The translations under genes were made by a program, and so were the position numbers. This document shows positions 27,216 to 37,656 of a stretch of 63,293 bases of DNA, piece by piece; the first letter of the stretch is position 1; every line of letters starts with the position of its first letter. Source of the DNA: a virus. Lineage: Duplodnaviria; Caudoviricetes. The notes beneath the pieces were generated by a model that saw only the letters and a program-made list of their open reading frames with translations, was not told where the DNA came from and ran no database searches. The DNA is taken from the IMG/VR virus record IMGVR_UViG_3300036980_000702, positions 1-63,293 of that record. The stretch is one strand, 5' to 3'.

Positions 27216-29393
27216 TTACTGAACTCCACCCGCTCCTGGAGGAGCAGCCCCGGCAGGAGGGTTCGAGCCGGGAATATTTTGACCTCCCATTCCAGGAGGT
27301 AACTGCATGGGTGGCGGAATCAAATAGCTTTTGTGACTTTCAAAATGAAAGTCTGTCGCAACTCTAAGTTCCGGATTTTGTAAACACATTTTTTCAAACC
27401 GAGTTGATTTTCGAAGCTGATTTAAGATTTCAACATGTAACTGGTGATCTTCGTAGTCCCGTGCCATCCGATAAATTGTTGGCTTAACCGGTTCGGGTCC
27501 AGGATCGGGAGGTGGTCCATTAAGTTTCATATTTTCAGCACTTACTTGATTAGTCATTAATGCTTGCACTGCCCCGGACCTGATCGACATTGCCTGTTGC
27601 CAAGCTTGCAAATTAGCCTGGTATTGTTGCATCAAAGGATGTTTCGATGCTACAATTTGATCGGTTTCCAATAATTGACCGGATTTAAACATTTGATTTT
27701 CGGCTTTAGCCATTTTGATATCTGCGGTATGCTCGGCATAAACATCTTCTAGCCCACCGCCGATCCCCTGTAGAAACATAAGCTTTTTTTGTGCCTGCGG
27801 GCTTTGAGGATTTCCGAAAGCCCCCATAGCGTAAAGCTGATCTGCTTTTTGCGTTCTTTGCATCGGGTCCATAAAGAACCACGGACCGTTGGCGATCACA
27901 ATGTCCTCTGATTTAATTTGGTCGGGAGTAAAGGAAAAGGCTATTGATTCGTTTTCTTCGCCGGTGATTTGGATCAATCTCCCGCTATCTTCAAAGTGAG
28001 TCACGCAAAGACGAAGCTTTTTAATGCATCTTTCTATATACCAATCAGCCAGGTTACTTAAAAGCGGACTTGATTGCATGGCATTTGCGTTTTGAAATAT
28101 CTGTGCTTGCTTTCCGCTTGTTATACTTGGATCAGGATTCCCTCTGGTGGTTTCGTACTGAGCAGATAAATCATTCATTCGTTGAATGATCATGTTATAT
28201 AAACCTATAAATTGTTGAACGTTAATCATTATCTGCTGAAACGAAGGAGGAAGCGCGCCTATTTTGTATTCAATATTTGCGAATCCTTCGCCATCAAAAC
28301 TTACTTCATTCAAATTATTAGAATTTTCTTGGCTGATCCACGCCCCCTTGAGTCGCTTTGTCGCCGCCATAATTTGAGAGTAAATCCTATTCAATTGCAT
28401 TTGATGCTCTATAAGATATTCAAAAATCGATTTATACCAATAATCACCCTGGATTTTCTTGTATCCGACATGTGAATAAGGGTGCCAAAAGTCAGGATAT
28501 TTTTCGGTTAATGCCTGATCCCATACTCCATCATAGAGAATCTTGTTGCTGCAATAGATAATCAACCGGCCATATGGATGTTCAGAATCGGGTTTAAAAT
28601 AAATTTCATATACCCGTGCGTGTCCCTTTAAAATGTTTTGTTTTTGATACTGCCCTATATTTCCGGTAGCCTTTAACTGTTCGATATCTTCAAGGTTCGA
28701 TTCTTCCTTGACTTCAACGCCCCAAATATTCTGAATGTCCTTAACCGGCTTCGCTGTCTCTTCTCCAATCCAAGGTAGATCCTCATCCCCTGGTATACCG
28801 CCCGGAACTAGCATTTTTTGAGGCGAGTTTATTTTCGAGGTAATATCACCAAGCTTTAACTGTTTTCCGTTATCGTCGGTTAACGGGGCCAATGTCGTAG
28901 GATGGAAAACAAAATTCCCCGCGTTTTTATCCCAGTAATCTTTCCCGTAAGCGTTCCCTGTAGGTTTCAGCCATCCCATAGCTTGTTTATAAAGCTTTTC
29001 TTCGCCTTTATGGTAATATATCAAAAGATGGGTACTATTAACCGCCGCGTCTTCGTCCTCATCTTCCCCGGTGGCCGCCCTAACTTGTGGGGTGAGAAAA
29101 GGAAAACTTGACTCTACTTTGGCCGTGATCCCGATATCGATAGTTGTGATATGAGGATCAATCGGCGTATTTGACGAGTTAGTTATTTCCTTTGTGGACC
29201 CGTCCGGCATTGTGATCATGGTTCCGTCTGATAGATTCATGACTCGTTTTTGCCAGTTATCTCGATAAATCAAATGTTTCTTCCGCAAAAACTCCTGAAC
29301 CACTTGCCAATCAAGTTTCAAGTCTGTTTTTTCAGCCTGAGAAATACAGTCAAGGACTAATGCTTCGGCCTCTTTTTCTTTGGTTGAGTTCAT
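27216..29393 (-). CDS. Portal protein (podovirus type)
   Basis: 725 aa, TSGKQ motif, DYEDHQLHV, P/Q-rich tail; between terminase and scaffold. Confidence 0.85.
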   Translation of the reverse strand: MNSTKEKEAEALVLDCISQAEKTDLKLDWQVVQEFLRKKHLIYRDNWQKRVMNLSDGTMITMPDGSTKEITNSSNTPIDPHITTIDIGITAKVESSFPFLTPQVRAATGEDEDEDAAVNSTHLLIYYHKGEEKLYKQAMGWLKPTGNAYGKDYWDKNAGNFVFHPTTLAPLTDDNGKQLKLGDITSKINSPQKMLVPGGIPGDEDLPWIGEETAKPVKDIQNIWGVEVKEESNLEDIEQLKATGNIGQYQKQNILKGHARVYEIYFKPDSEHPYGRLIIYCSNKILYDGVWDQALTEKYPDFWHPYSHVGYKKIQGDYWYKSIFEYLIEHQMQLNRIYSQIMAATKRLKGAWISQENSNNLNEVSFDGEGFANIEYKIGALPPSFQQIMINVQQFIGLYNMIIQRMNDLSAQYETTRGNPDPSITSGKQAQIFQNANAMQSSPLLSNLADWYIERCIKKLRLCVTHFEDSGRLIQITGEENESIAFSFTPDQIKSEDIVIANGPWFFMDPMQRTQKADQLYAMGAFGNPQSPQAQKKLMFLQGIGGGLEDVYAEHTADIKMAKAENQMFKSGQLLETDQIVASKHPLMQQYQANLQAWQQAMSIRSGAVQALMTNQVSAENMKLNGPPPDPGPEPVKPTIYRMARDYEDHQLHVEILNQLRKSTRFEKMCLQNPELRVATDFHFESHKSYLIPPPMQLPPGMGGQNIPGSNPPAGAAPPGAGGVQ

Positions 29394-29477
29394 CCAATCA
29401 CCCTCCTTCAGGCAAATAAAAAAAGCCCGATACTCCGTTGAAGGAATACCGGGCCGTAAGGCGCTTTAGTAAGTAAA

Positions 29478-29795
29478 TTATTCGATTATTTCTATATTAA
29501 AAGTGTTATTTTCTTTATAAGTTTTAGTAAGCTTCAGTTTCCGTTTACATTTGTTGTGGCAATGCAAGATTATCCAATGATCCTTCCCACCGGTTTCAAT
29601 GCCATCGGCGCGGGTTCGGATAAATATTCCGTCTATTGCTTCTCCTAAAATAGAATTACAGTCAGGACAGTGAAACACCTGTTTCCATATATGTTTATGG
29701 TCTTCATATTTTTTACAGTATTGATTTATTGTTTCAAAAGTAGTCCAAATTTCGCCACACTCGCATAAAAAAAATCGTTTAATTGGTTCTGTCAT
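29478..29795 (-). CDS. Cys-rich hypothetical protein
   Basis: CECG, CPDC and CHNKC motifs. Confidence 0.6.
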   Translation of the reverse strand: MTEPIKRFFLCECGEIWTTFETINQYCKKYEDHKHIWKQVFHCPDCNSILGEAIDGIFIRTRADGIETGGKDHWIILHCHNKCKRKLKLTKTYKENNTFNIEIIE

Positions 29796-29803
29796 TTTTT
29801 CTC

Positions 29804-29992
29804 CTATAGGTACTTATCAATAACATTAAACCAAATTACTACTAGACACCCTCCCGCCAACATGGTTAAAAGCGCAAATGAAATAGGGAAACCGTCTGTG
29901 TAATATCCGACTGAAAATCCGTATATTGCCGTAATAATTAAAGAAGCTAAACTTTGTATGGTTAATATAAAGTATCTGATTGGTTTTGTCAT
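29804..29992 (-). CDS. Small protein with two TM segments
   Basis: Two hydrophobic segments; overlaps the upstream stop. Confidence 0.55.
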   Translation of the reverse strand: MTKPIRYFILTIQSLASLIITAIYGFSVGYYTDGFPISFALLTMLAGGCLVVIWFNVIDKYL

Positions 29993-30621
29993 CCCCATAA
30001 CTCCCTACTAACTGCTTCGATTGTGTCATCGATGACATCAAAAAAGGAATGGGGTTGCTCTTGGGGATTTTCGTGATATATCCCCTGCCGTCTTTGGTAT
30101 TCGGCATAGAGGTATTTACGGTATTCGTCAGATGGACTATAAACTTCCTCCCTAACAACCTTCCATCCCTTCATTTCCTCTTCAACCCGTTCCTTCGCCC
30201 AGGATTCGATCTCTTCCGGGGTGTAGGGGTCGGGGTGATTGTATTCACGAACATAAGAAACTATGGAAATGTAGTGTAATTTATAGTCATCGGTTATCGA
30301 AATTTCAGAAGAACCTTTAAGCCGATTGTAGTATTCATTAATCTCTTCTTTGGTATTAAAAAGTTTCGCATGAGTTTTTCCGTCATTCGTTGTAAAAAAA
30401 ACTTTATGAGGTTCTGGTTTCTTGTAATTATCATGTTTTCCCTTCCAATACTCCAAGCGTTCAGCGCAGAAAGCGGGGAAGGGAACTTGGTTTGATTTCA
30501 ACTTTTCCTGAGCAAATCTTTCTGCTTGAGCTGGAATTGTTTTTTGAAGACCTTGAAGTTTAGCATCTAAAATATCGTTTTTAATCCGTAATTCGTTATA
30601 ATCTTTCTTGCTTATAAACAT
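29989..30621 (-). CDS. Hypothetical protein (MFISKK start)
   Basis: AGGAGGG RBS, 210 aa. Confidence 0.7.
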   Translation of the reverse strand: MFISKKDYNELRIKNDILDAKLQGLQKTIPAQAERFAQEKLKSNQVPFPAFCAERLEYWKGKHDNYKKPEPHKVFFTTNDGKTHAKLFNTKEEINEYYNRLKGSSEISITDDYKLHYISIVSYVREYNHPDPYTPEEIESWAKERVEEEMKGWKVVREEVYSPSDEYRKYLYAEYQRRQGIYHENPQEQPHSFFDVIDDTIEAVSRELWG

Positions 30622-30646
30622 AGACCCTCCTGATTGTTTTATTTCT

Positions 30647-30832
30647 CTACTCTTTTTTTAATTCGTCATATCGTATCCGCAAATTCAAAACATCTTGATA
30701 TGAACCACTCCATCCATAATCTCCGGGATTAGCTGTATTGATAGTACTACCTAATGCAGCAGTAGCGCAACCAGCCAATTGAACTTCTAATTGTTCGACT
30801 CTTTTTTTCAGTTCTTTCTTGCTTATAAACAT
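30647..30832 (-). CDS. Hypothetical protein (MFISKK start)
   Basis: AGGAGGG RBS; QLAGC...YGWS.SY motif. Confidence 0.7.
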   Translation of the reverse strand: MFISKKELKKRVEQLEVQLAGCATAALGSTINTANPGDYGWSGSYQDVLNLRIRYDELKKE

Positions 30833-30850
30833 TTGGCCCTCCTAAGTTTT

Positions 30851-31072
30851 CTATTTTACTCTTTTCATTTTAAAAACCGGATACACACACAAACCACAAT
30901 ACGGGTGCATTCCCCTAATTAAGGGCTGTTCGCAATGTTGACATGCAAAACCCCTAAGAACCATCATTGCAGTGGTTTTAATAGATATACTATTTTTCTC
31001 TTTACAATGCGGGCAGTTAAATTCATAATCAATCGTTGTAGTTGGTTCCTCTTGTTTTTTATCCCAAAACAT
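30851..31072 (-). CDS. Zinc-ribbon protein
   Basis: CPHC...CQHC motifs; RBS present. Confidence 0.65.
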   Translation of the reverse strand: MFWDKKQEEPTTTIDYEFNCPHCKEKNSISIKTTAMMVLRGFACQHCEQPLIRGMHPYCGLCVYPVFKMKRVK

Positions 31073-31176
31073 TTTTGCCCTCCTGAATTATTTTTATAAT
31101 AAACCAATAAATTTTGCAATTATCAGCGCCCAAGCAAAAGCTGTAATAGCAACCGGAAGTGGAATTCTATCCATAT

Positions 31177-31428
31177 TTAACATTTTAATTCCTTTATGCA
31201 CTCTAAAGTAACATCACATTGTAGGTGACTAACCAGCAGTTGCATATCACAGGGGTTGACGTTTGACCATCCGATGACAACCTTTTCTTCCACATCATTT
31301 TGCTCTGCAGCTATGCAAAGTTTGGTTATTTTGCCGGATTCAACCTTTTCCCTGACATCTTCCAGCAGCTGAAGCATCTGATCTCTCATGTGGGTGAAAT
31401 CGTTTTTAAGGTGAATGACGTTACTCAT
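31177..31428 (-). CDS. Hypothetical protein
   Basis: Coupled to the upstream stop codon. Confidence 0.6.
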   Translation of the reverse strand: MSNVIHLKNDFTHMRDQMLQLLEDVREKVESGKITKLCIAAEQNDVEEKVVIGWSNVNPCDMQLLVSHLQCDVTLECIKELKC

Positions 31429-31751
31429 TAAGATTTTACCTCTTTAACCTCAAAATCACCAGCCGGAAAACTAATAACCCCTTTTACGGGTTTGGGTTTC
31501 GATTCGGTGTTCAGGTTATGAGACAATACCGGGTCGCCTGTTTGGATTCGGTCCAGAAGGTAGTCTTCTCGCCGCTTCCAAAAGTCGTTCTGTTCTTTCA
31601 TCAGTCCTGTAATTGTACCAATATTCATCTGGGTGTCCTTTGCCCTTTCGTTGGCATATTCGAGCCATTTTGAGGTGCTGTAGGCGATTGTGGCCAGGGT
31701 TAAAATGAAGTTGGTAAGATAAGAAATAAAAGTTAGGATTTCTGGGTTCAT
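31428..31751 (-). CDS. Membrane-anchored hypothetical protein
   Basis: N-terminal TM segment; ATGA overlap with the upstream gene. Confidence 0.6.
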   Translation of the reverse strand: MNPEILTFISYLTNFILTLATIAYSTSKWLEYANERAKDTQMNIGTITGLMKEQNDFWKRREDYLLDRIQTGDPVLSHNLNTESKPKPVKGVISFPAGDFEVKEVKS

Positions 31752-32011
31752 TGGGTGCCCTCCATTTTTATGATTACTTCTCCGGTATTGGTTATGTTGG
31801 TTAATTTAACGTTAAATCCATTGCGTTCGATGATTGGGTCTTCTTTAATTGGTTCCGCTTTATGCATCAGAAAATATAGCATTTCCTTATTGGCATCTAC
31901 TTTGTAACCGATTGGCTTATGACATTGCGGACACCAAATAGGGTTCCTAACTGATATTGGTTCTCCTTCAATCTCTTCCCCACAATGTGGGCAGGTTAGT
32001 TTATATTTCAT
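31748..32011 (-). CDS. Zinc-ribbon protein
   Basis: CPHC...CPQC motifs. Confidence 0.65.
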   Translation of the reverse strand: MKYKLTCPHCGEEIEGEPISVRNPIWCPQCHKPIGYKVDANKEMLYFLMHKAEPIKEDPIIERNGFNVKLTNITNTGEVIIKMEGTQ

Positions 32012-32123
32012 TTCTTGCCCTCTTTCAGTATCCCAAAATATTCACCTGTTTTTTTATCATAGAGCCTAATGCTAGTTTGAGTGTTTTTATTTACTCCAGT
32101 CAATGGTTTTTTCATTGGTTTTT

Positions 32124-32537
32124 TCATTTCTTTGCCTTACCCGGTTTCTTCGGGGTTTTCTTCGGTCTTTTTTTATCGTCGGTTGGTTTGACTTCTAAAG
32201 GGTTCCCGGTCTTTGGTAGTTCGTTAACCGCTTCTTTGAAGGATGGATTGTCAGAGGTTCCATAAATTTTCTTATCAAGCGTCACTAGTGTAGTTAACGG
32301 TTGGCGTTCCTCCATGATTTTTTCGATTTTGGAATTAATCATTTCTTCGGTTAGTAAATCAGGGGATACTCGTCGTTTTAACTCCTCAATTTCTCCCTGC
32401 TGCTGAACCAAAACGTAAGCCAATAACCGCGTCAAGTTATGGTCGTTGATCATGTTCAGACCACCGGCCACCTTCTCAAGATCAATCTTTCCATCATTTA
32501 AATACTGATTGAGCGGGTATTCAATTTTTGGTAACAT
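32124..32537 (-). CDS. Hypothetical protein with a basic tail
   Basis: AGGAGGG RBS, 137 aa. Confidence 0.65.
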   Translation of the reverse strand: MLPKIEYPLNQYLNDGKIDLEKVAGGLNMINDHNLTRLLAYVLVQQQGEIEELKRRVSPDLLTEEMINSKIEKIMEERQPLTTLVTLDKKIYGTSDNPSFKEAVNELPKTGNPLEVKPTDDKKRPKKTPKKPGKAKK

Positions 32538-32550
32538 TGCGTTTGCCCTC

Positions 32551-32880
32551 CTACAATCTTTTATTTATCTGATATACTAAGTCTTCTATCGCTGCTGATA
32601 CCTCGGATACTTTATAAATCAAAGTTTCCAGACTGGAATCATTTTGTAGTTTCTTGGTATCATTCTCTTTTGGATCTACCGGGTAAGGTGTAAATAGTTT
32701 ACCTTGAATCTGATAAATATTCGATTCCGTCGAAGATAGGACTTCTAATAATCTTTCAATTTTTTCCCTTAGTATACCTTCTTGTGGTGATTGTATCCCT
32801 TGTGTTCCTAAAGACGTTCTATTCAAAGTTTTTTCGTTTTCGTTACTCGCTTCCACCACTTCGTTTAGGAATTGATTCAT
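32551..32880 (-). CDS. Hypothetical helical protein
   Basis: RBS supports the ATG at 32880 (MNQFLNEV). Confidence 0.6.
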   Translation of the reverse strand: MNQFLNEVVEASNENEKTLNRTSLGTQGIQSPQEGILREKIERLLEVLSSTESNIYQIQGKLFTPYPVDPKENDTKKLQNDSSLETLIYKVSEVSAAIEDLVYQINKRL

Positions 32881-32890
32881 TTTAACCCTC

Positions 32891-34507
32891 CTATAAAATA
32901 TCACTTGGACTGACCTTTTTAATCCCCGATTGTAGCCGAGTATTCCGATAGACAAATGCTTCTCCGGATTCTGCACCGTACTTCTCGACGATGAGGTCGT
33001 ATTCGGATTTAGTTGGTGCCGGGTAATCTTGTCTTAACTCATTTAGCGCCTGGCTCGTTGTGTCAGCCTGATCCTTATAACTAGATTTTGGAAATGCCGT
33101 CATTTCAGCCAAGTACTCCTCGACCCATGGAAATAAAGCGGGATGAGGTATATAAACATTTCCAGATTCAATAAGATAACTCACTGCCGCCAATCTGGCA
33201 ATTTTATCACCATCTGGCTCGCGTGGAACTATCCCGGATATTTTCCTTTGCAATGTTTTAATCGCCGCCGCTCCGTTAGCTTTCTTTTCAACTAATTTGT
33301 GCGAAGTATCAGGATGTTTGATATTTAGGTCAATGAAAGCCTCTAGCGTTTTAGGAAAGTCCATTTGTTCTCTAATCTGATCAAGCAAAAATCTATCAGC
33401 TACCCACTGGCCCCATTCCTCCCCAACTACAAAAGAAGAGTTTTCCGTATCATCAAAACTCATATCCCAAGATTGAATTTTAATATTAAACTTTTCAGGG
33501 AGATCGATTATCGGACAGCTAAAAAATGACCCATCTTCCATCTTAACGAGGATAGATGGTAATTCCCTTCCCTTTGGTTTCCAATATCTCCACCAATGAC
33601 GCTTAATCATTCCTCCACCTCTAGGAACCGGCCTTTGCTGATATTGTCCAGCATAAGCATAACTACCAAGACTTTTCTTGTAACTTTCAACTTCCTGTCG
33701 CCCGATTCTTTCGGGCCAAAGCAATTCTTTTTCTTCGGTGCGAGGATCATTAAATCCTATCGGGCTGATTACCATTGCCTTTTGCTCATATTCCATAGGC
33801 AAACATAAATGAATATATCCGGCTTGTTTTAAAGCTTCTCCAGAAACATCTCCTTCATGTATCCTTTGCATAACTACGACAATAGATCCAGTTTTAGGGT
33901 CGTTTAGTCGAGAGGGGATAACCTCTTTAAACCACAAGATAGTTGATTCCCGAATTGCTTCTGATTCCCCATCAATTACATTATGGGGATCGTCAATGAC
34001 TATGATATCTCCACCTTCTCCAGTTCCCATTCCACCTGTTGAAGTTGATTGCCGGTATCCTGTTTTATTGTTCTCAAACCGCTTCTTCTCATTTTGGTCT
34101 CCGGTTAACTGGTAAACATCTCCCCAGTTTTTCTGATACCATTCGGATTGAATAATGCGTCGACATTTTAAACTGTCTCTTGTGCTCAGAACGTCAGCGT
34201 AAGAAGCAAAAAGCCACCGACAAGATGGCTTTCCATGTGGCCCCCATACCCAGGTTGGCCAGAAAACAGCCACCGAAAGTGATTTCATACACCGGGGAGG
34301 GATATTAATTAATAATCGCTTGATTTGACCGTCTGTAACAGCTTGTAAGTGTTCGCTGATTGCGTCAAGATGCCAGTTAGATATAAATAGTGTGGCCGGT
34401 TCGACCACGTTCCAGGCTTGTTTTCCATAGTCAGCAAGACTTCTCCGGCAAAGTTCCTTCTTTAACGCCTCTTCTACTGCCGGGAGTTCGTTAGGGTTTA
34501 AGTTCAT
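32891..34507 (-). CDS. terL: Terminase large subunit
   Basis: INIPPRCMKS (Walker A), IVIDDPH (Walker B), VVMQRIH, YQQRP, SWD, EKKANG, DQADTTSQ. Confidence 0.95.
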   Translation of the reverse strand: MNLNPNELPAVEEALKKELCRRSLADYGKQAWNVVEPATLFISNWHLDAISEHLQAVTDGQIKRLLINIPPRCMKSLSVAVFWPTWVWGPHGKPSCRWLFASYADVLSTRDSLKCRRIIQSEWYQKNWGDVYQLTGDQNEKKRFENNKTGYRQSTSTGGMGTGEGGDIIVIDDPHNVIDGESEAIRESTILWFKEVIPSRLNDPKTGSIVVVMQRIHEGDVSGEALKQAGYIHLCLPMEYEQKAMVISPIGFNDPRTEEKELLWPERIGRQEVESYKKSLGSYAYAGQYQQRPVPRGGGMIKRHWWRYWKPKGRELPSILVKMEDGSFFSCPIIDLPEKFNIKIQSWDMSFDDTENSSFVVGEEWGQWVADRFLLDQIREQMDFPKTLEAFIDLNIKHPDTSHKLVEKKANGAAAIKTLQRKISGIVPREPDGDKIARLAAVSYLIESGNVYIPHPALFPWVEEYLAEMTAFPKSSYKDQADTTSQALNELRQDYPAPTKSEYDLIVEKYGAESGEAFVYRNTRLQSGIKKVSPSDIL

Positions 34508-34631
34508 TTGGTTTCCATCCAGATCCAAAATCGAAACACAAGTAACTCTAAAATAAATCCGCAGGCACATATTAAAATAACTTGGTAATCATATAGATCA
34601 AAATGAAAGTTTAACGATTCTATGATTTCTT

Positions 34632-34961
34632 TCATTCCTTCACCTCGAAATCCGAGCAATCACCGTGGTTTTTGCCTGAGCAAGAAGGGTAAATATCACT
34701 TCCGTAGACGAAATGTTTTTCTTTTATATTACAAAGATCTCCGGGAAGGCGTGGACCCATATAATGTTTACACTTCACGCAGATAGTAGGTTCATTGTGA
34801 AAAAAAGAAGCTTTCCAATGAGTGTAATCTCCAAAGCATTTAATTCCTAAATCTGAAATAAATTCTTGAACTCGTTCGTCATCCATCCAGGGTTCGTATT
34901 TGACCCATTCGCCATTGGATATTTCTTCTGCTGTTGATTCCTCTACACTAAACCTTTTCAT
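34632..34961 (-). CDS. Cys-rich hypothetical protein
   Basis: AGGAGGG RBS; CVKCKH motif. Confidence 0.6.
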   Translation of the reverse strand: MKRFSVEESTAEEISNGEWVKYEPWMDDERVQEFISDLGIKCFGDYTHWKASFFHNEPTICVKCKHYMGPRLPGDLCNIKEKHFVYGSDIYPSCSGKNHGDCSDFEVKE

Positions 34962-35103
34962 TTTCCCTCCTGGTTATCTTTATAAACGCAAGTAAAATCA
35001 AGGTCTAAAATTATTTTGAAAAAAGTATTGCACTTATTTTTGATTTGTGTTATACTTTATTTATCGAGAGGGAAACGCCCTCCGAAAGAAGGGGGATAAA
35101 AAA

Positions 35104-35529
35104 ATGAAAAAGAATTGTTACTTAGATAGCCCGTACGGACAAAAGAAAAACAGTCGTGGAATTCGAAACGCAATAGTAGCGGCATATATTTGGAGCATTC
35201 GCAAACAGTGGACAACTTACATGTATAACAAGTATTACCGTTTAACATCTGCTGAAGCCGCGCAAAAAACCATAGCGGGTGTTGGCGACATCAAAAGGGC
35301 GTGGAAAACGACTACATTAAGAGACAAAAACCGGATGTTTTACTCTAATTACTCTACACCGTGGGCATTCGCTCCTTTTCGCAGTGAACAATTTAACAAT
35401 ATGGTTGGCCTATATAAGGCAATCATTAAAGGAGAAATGACCATGTATCGCGATATGTGCAAAATGTTTGCTCCGAAAGTTTGGGAATACGCCGTTAATA
35501 AAGGGGTATATCCAGAATGTATGAGGTAA
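35104..35529 (+). CDS. Moron cargo protein inserted between terS and terL
   Basis: Own promoter (TTGCAC-17-TATACT, ~35028-35056) and GGGGG RBS before the ATG at 35104. Confidence 0.7.
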   Translation: MKKNCYLDSPYGQKKNSRGIRNAIVAAYIWSIRKQWTTYMYNKYYRLTSAEAAQKTIAGVGDIKRAWKTTTLRDKNRMFYSNYSTPWAFAPFRSEQFNNMVGLYKAIIKGEMTMYRDMCKMFAPKVWEYAVNKGVYPECMR

Positions 35530-35681
35530 AAAAACTATCCAGACAAGGCGGCCCCGGACGCGGCCAAGGCCGTCCCCCCAAACCCGGTGGCGCAATGCCA
35601 ACCCGCGCCATCAGGATGACGAATGAGGAAGTCCAAAAGGTCAAGGAATTTCTCAAAGAACTAAGAAAACCCTCTAAATAA
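35517..35681 (+). CDS. 54-aa DNA-binding protein (GRP/AT-hook-like motif plus RHH-like; absent from the ORF track)
   Basis: MYEVKKLSRQGGPGRGQGRPPKPGGAMPTRAIRMTNEEVQKVKEFLKELRKPSK*. Confidence 0.65.
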   Translation: MYEVKKLSRQGGPGRGQGRPPKPGGAMPTRAIRMTNEEVQKVKEFLKELRKPSK

Positions 35682-36186
35682 GAGGGTTTTTTTCTTTTTT
35701 CATAAGCTCAATCGTTGTTAACATAGTGACCAACTCCTCTTTTGAGAGTTTAGAGGGGTCGTATTGTGGTATCAATGGTTGTCCTTCCTTGCCAGTCAGT
35801 TCTCCCCGTGTAGTGGGATCTCCGTTAGATAGTGCTCTCTTGTCATACAGAGTGCCTATATAAATCGCCAGGTCTTTAAGCGAGATGTGCTCTTTAGTTA
35901 TTTGAGCCTCTTCTATCTGTTGTTTAGCAAGTCCCGTGGCTTTAAGTATTGATTCTTCGGCGTTTTTAAGGAACTGACGCTTCCAATCCACCGCCTCTTG
36001 GATAAGTTCTCCTTTTTTTAAGTTACGTAAACCTTCAAATTTATCTTTATTGGCATCTCTAATGCCTTGCACTGTACTAACTCCAATACCAAAAATTCCC
36101 GCTACATGAGTAAGGTTATTATTGGTTGCAAGCTCAATTAAAATTAACTCTCTCATTCTATCGCTGATTTGCTTGCCTTTACCCAT
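35674..36186 (-). CDS. terS: Terminase small subunit
   Basis: N-terminal HTH; ELTGKEGQPL and DPSKLSKEEL C-terminal motifs; upstream of terL. Confidence 0.75.
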   Translation of the reverse strand: MGKGKQISDRMRELILIELATNNNLTHVAGIFGIGVSTVQGIRDANKDKFEGLRNLKKGELIQEAVDWKRQFLKNAEESILKATGLAKQQIEEAQITKEHISLKDLAIYIGTLYDKRALSNGDPTTRGELTGKEGQPLIPQYDPSKLSKEELVTMLTTIELMKKEKNPLI

Positions 36187-36412
36187 AATATCACCCTCTT
36201 TAACTACTACTAATACACCAAAACCCTCATATTAACTCAACCCAAGATCTTAGACCCTCCATGAGTGGGTATCTACGTTTAGACCCACAAAACCACTCAC
36301 AAAAGGCTCTTAGGCCCCCTAATCCCCCACATAACAAAGCCACCTCGTCACCGGGGCGGCCTGTTTGGGTAGATCTCTCCACCACTCATTATAAACGGAT
36401 AGTATCACTTTT

Positions 36413-36919
36413 TCAAGGTGTTTTTAAAATATATTTTTCAGTTCTAATTTTTCTTCCGATGTGACTGTATATAAATTCCAGATCATCTTCGGAAACACCA
36501 TATCGTTTAAGTTTGTCCACAAAAACATACTTGATAAAGGCAATATTGCGCTTTAAAGTTGGTATACTCAGACTTATCGGCACTTTATTTTCTCTTAACG
36601 TTTCCTGAACCAACGAATACTGCATTCTTTGCCTATAATAATAGTGATAAACCTGGCATAAATCCGCCTCATTATGCTCCATCAGCCAAATTATATAATC
36701 GGTCACCATTAGCACTGTCTGGCACCGCTCTATCTGACTGATTTCTCCGTCCAACGGACTTTCAATAAAACCTTGGTCGCCGCCTCTGCCTCCCAACCCG
36801 ACAAGAAACGGTCTAACGGTAGTTCCGTGGTCCAAACAAAGATAGATCAATTTGGCCACATCCTCCAGGTTATAGAGTAGCCAGTCAATTGCCTTTGGTG
36901 TTATCTCCGACGTTTTCAA
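36413..36919 (-). CDS. Putative late-transcription regulator (ArpU/RinA-like)
   Basis: Directly upstream of terS; sigma region-4-like C-terminus. Confidence 0.5.
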   Translation of the reverse strand: MKTSEITPKAIDWLLYNLEDVAKLIYLCLDHGTTVRPFLVGLGGRGGDQGFIESPLDGEISQIERCQTVLMVTDYIIWLMEHNEADLCQVYHYYYRQRMQYSLVQETLRENKVPISLSIPTLKRNIAFIKYVFVDKLKRYGVSEDDLEFIYSHIGRKIRTEKYILKTP

Positions 36920-37401
36920 TCATCGCCTTCCCATATCATAAACTTAACCCGCTTTCTTTTTTTTAAACTCAACCCCAATACTCATTAAATGCTTTACCAG
37001 TTCCTTTTTTGTAAGGTTTTGGTAATAATCTATTGTTTTTGTTACCTGCTGTATCTCCTCCGCCCTCTCGCACATTTTTATATATTCTTGTGTAAAATTC
37101 ATTCTTTACCTCTTTTCTTGATATTTTTTTTCTTGCCTTATTGCCTCCTTAATATCTCCTCGCCCAATTTCTCCATCATCAGAATAATCTTTACTATCAT
37201 GATTTTTCATGAAATCATTACATTCATGACAAAAATATAAGGTGTAAATTGTATTATCAATATTTACAGACGCCTTAGCAATCGAACCTTTTGGTATAAT
37301 TATTTCACATCCAAAACATTCATGTTCTTTCCTAATTTTAACTATTTTTTCACTTAAACATAATGTCATTTTCTTTTTCTCCTCCTTTTTATTCAACTTT
37401 C

Positions 37402-37656
37402 TTAATCCAACGCCTCATCCGGCGGTAATATTTCTGGTTTAGCCGGACCAGTAAAAACGACCGTTGCGTTTAATTTTTTATTATTCTCTTTTTTCCTCTT
37501 TTTCCTCTTTCTTCTCCTCTCTAAACAATCCTCAAGTTCTGAGACGATCTGCGCGTTCATGGTCCGCCGATCCTCCTTGGCTGCCTGTTCGATCCCCCTT
37601 TTAACATTCGCCGGCAGGGAGATAGTTGTCCTCAAAATATCTTCACTTGTCATCAA
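37402..37656 (-). CDS. Arc-family RHH repressor
   Basis: TTISLPANVKRGIEQAAKEDRRTMNAQIV. Confidence 0.8.
   Translation of the reverse strand: MMTSEDILRTTISLPANVKRGIEQAAKEDRRTMNAQIVSELEDCLERRRKRKKRKKENNKKLNATVVFTGPAKPEILPPDEALD

Noticed and set aside
7085-33808. Many 60-165-aa plus-strand ORFs in the track overlapping structural genes
   Set aside because: These are antisense shadows of long genes, without RBS or recognisable motifs
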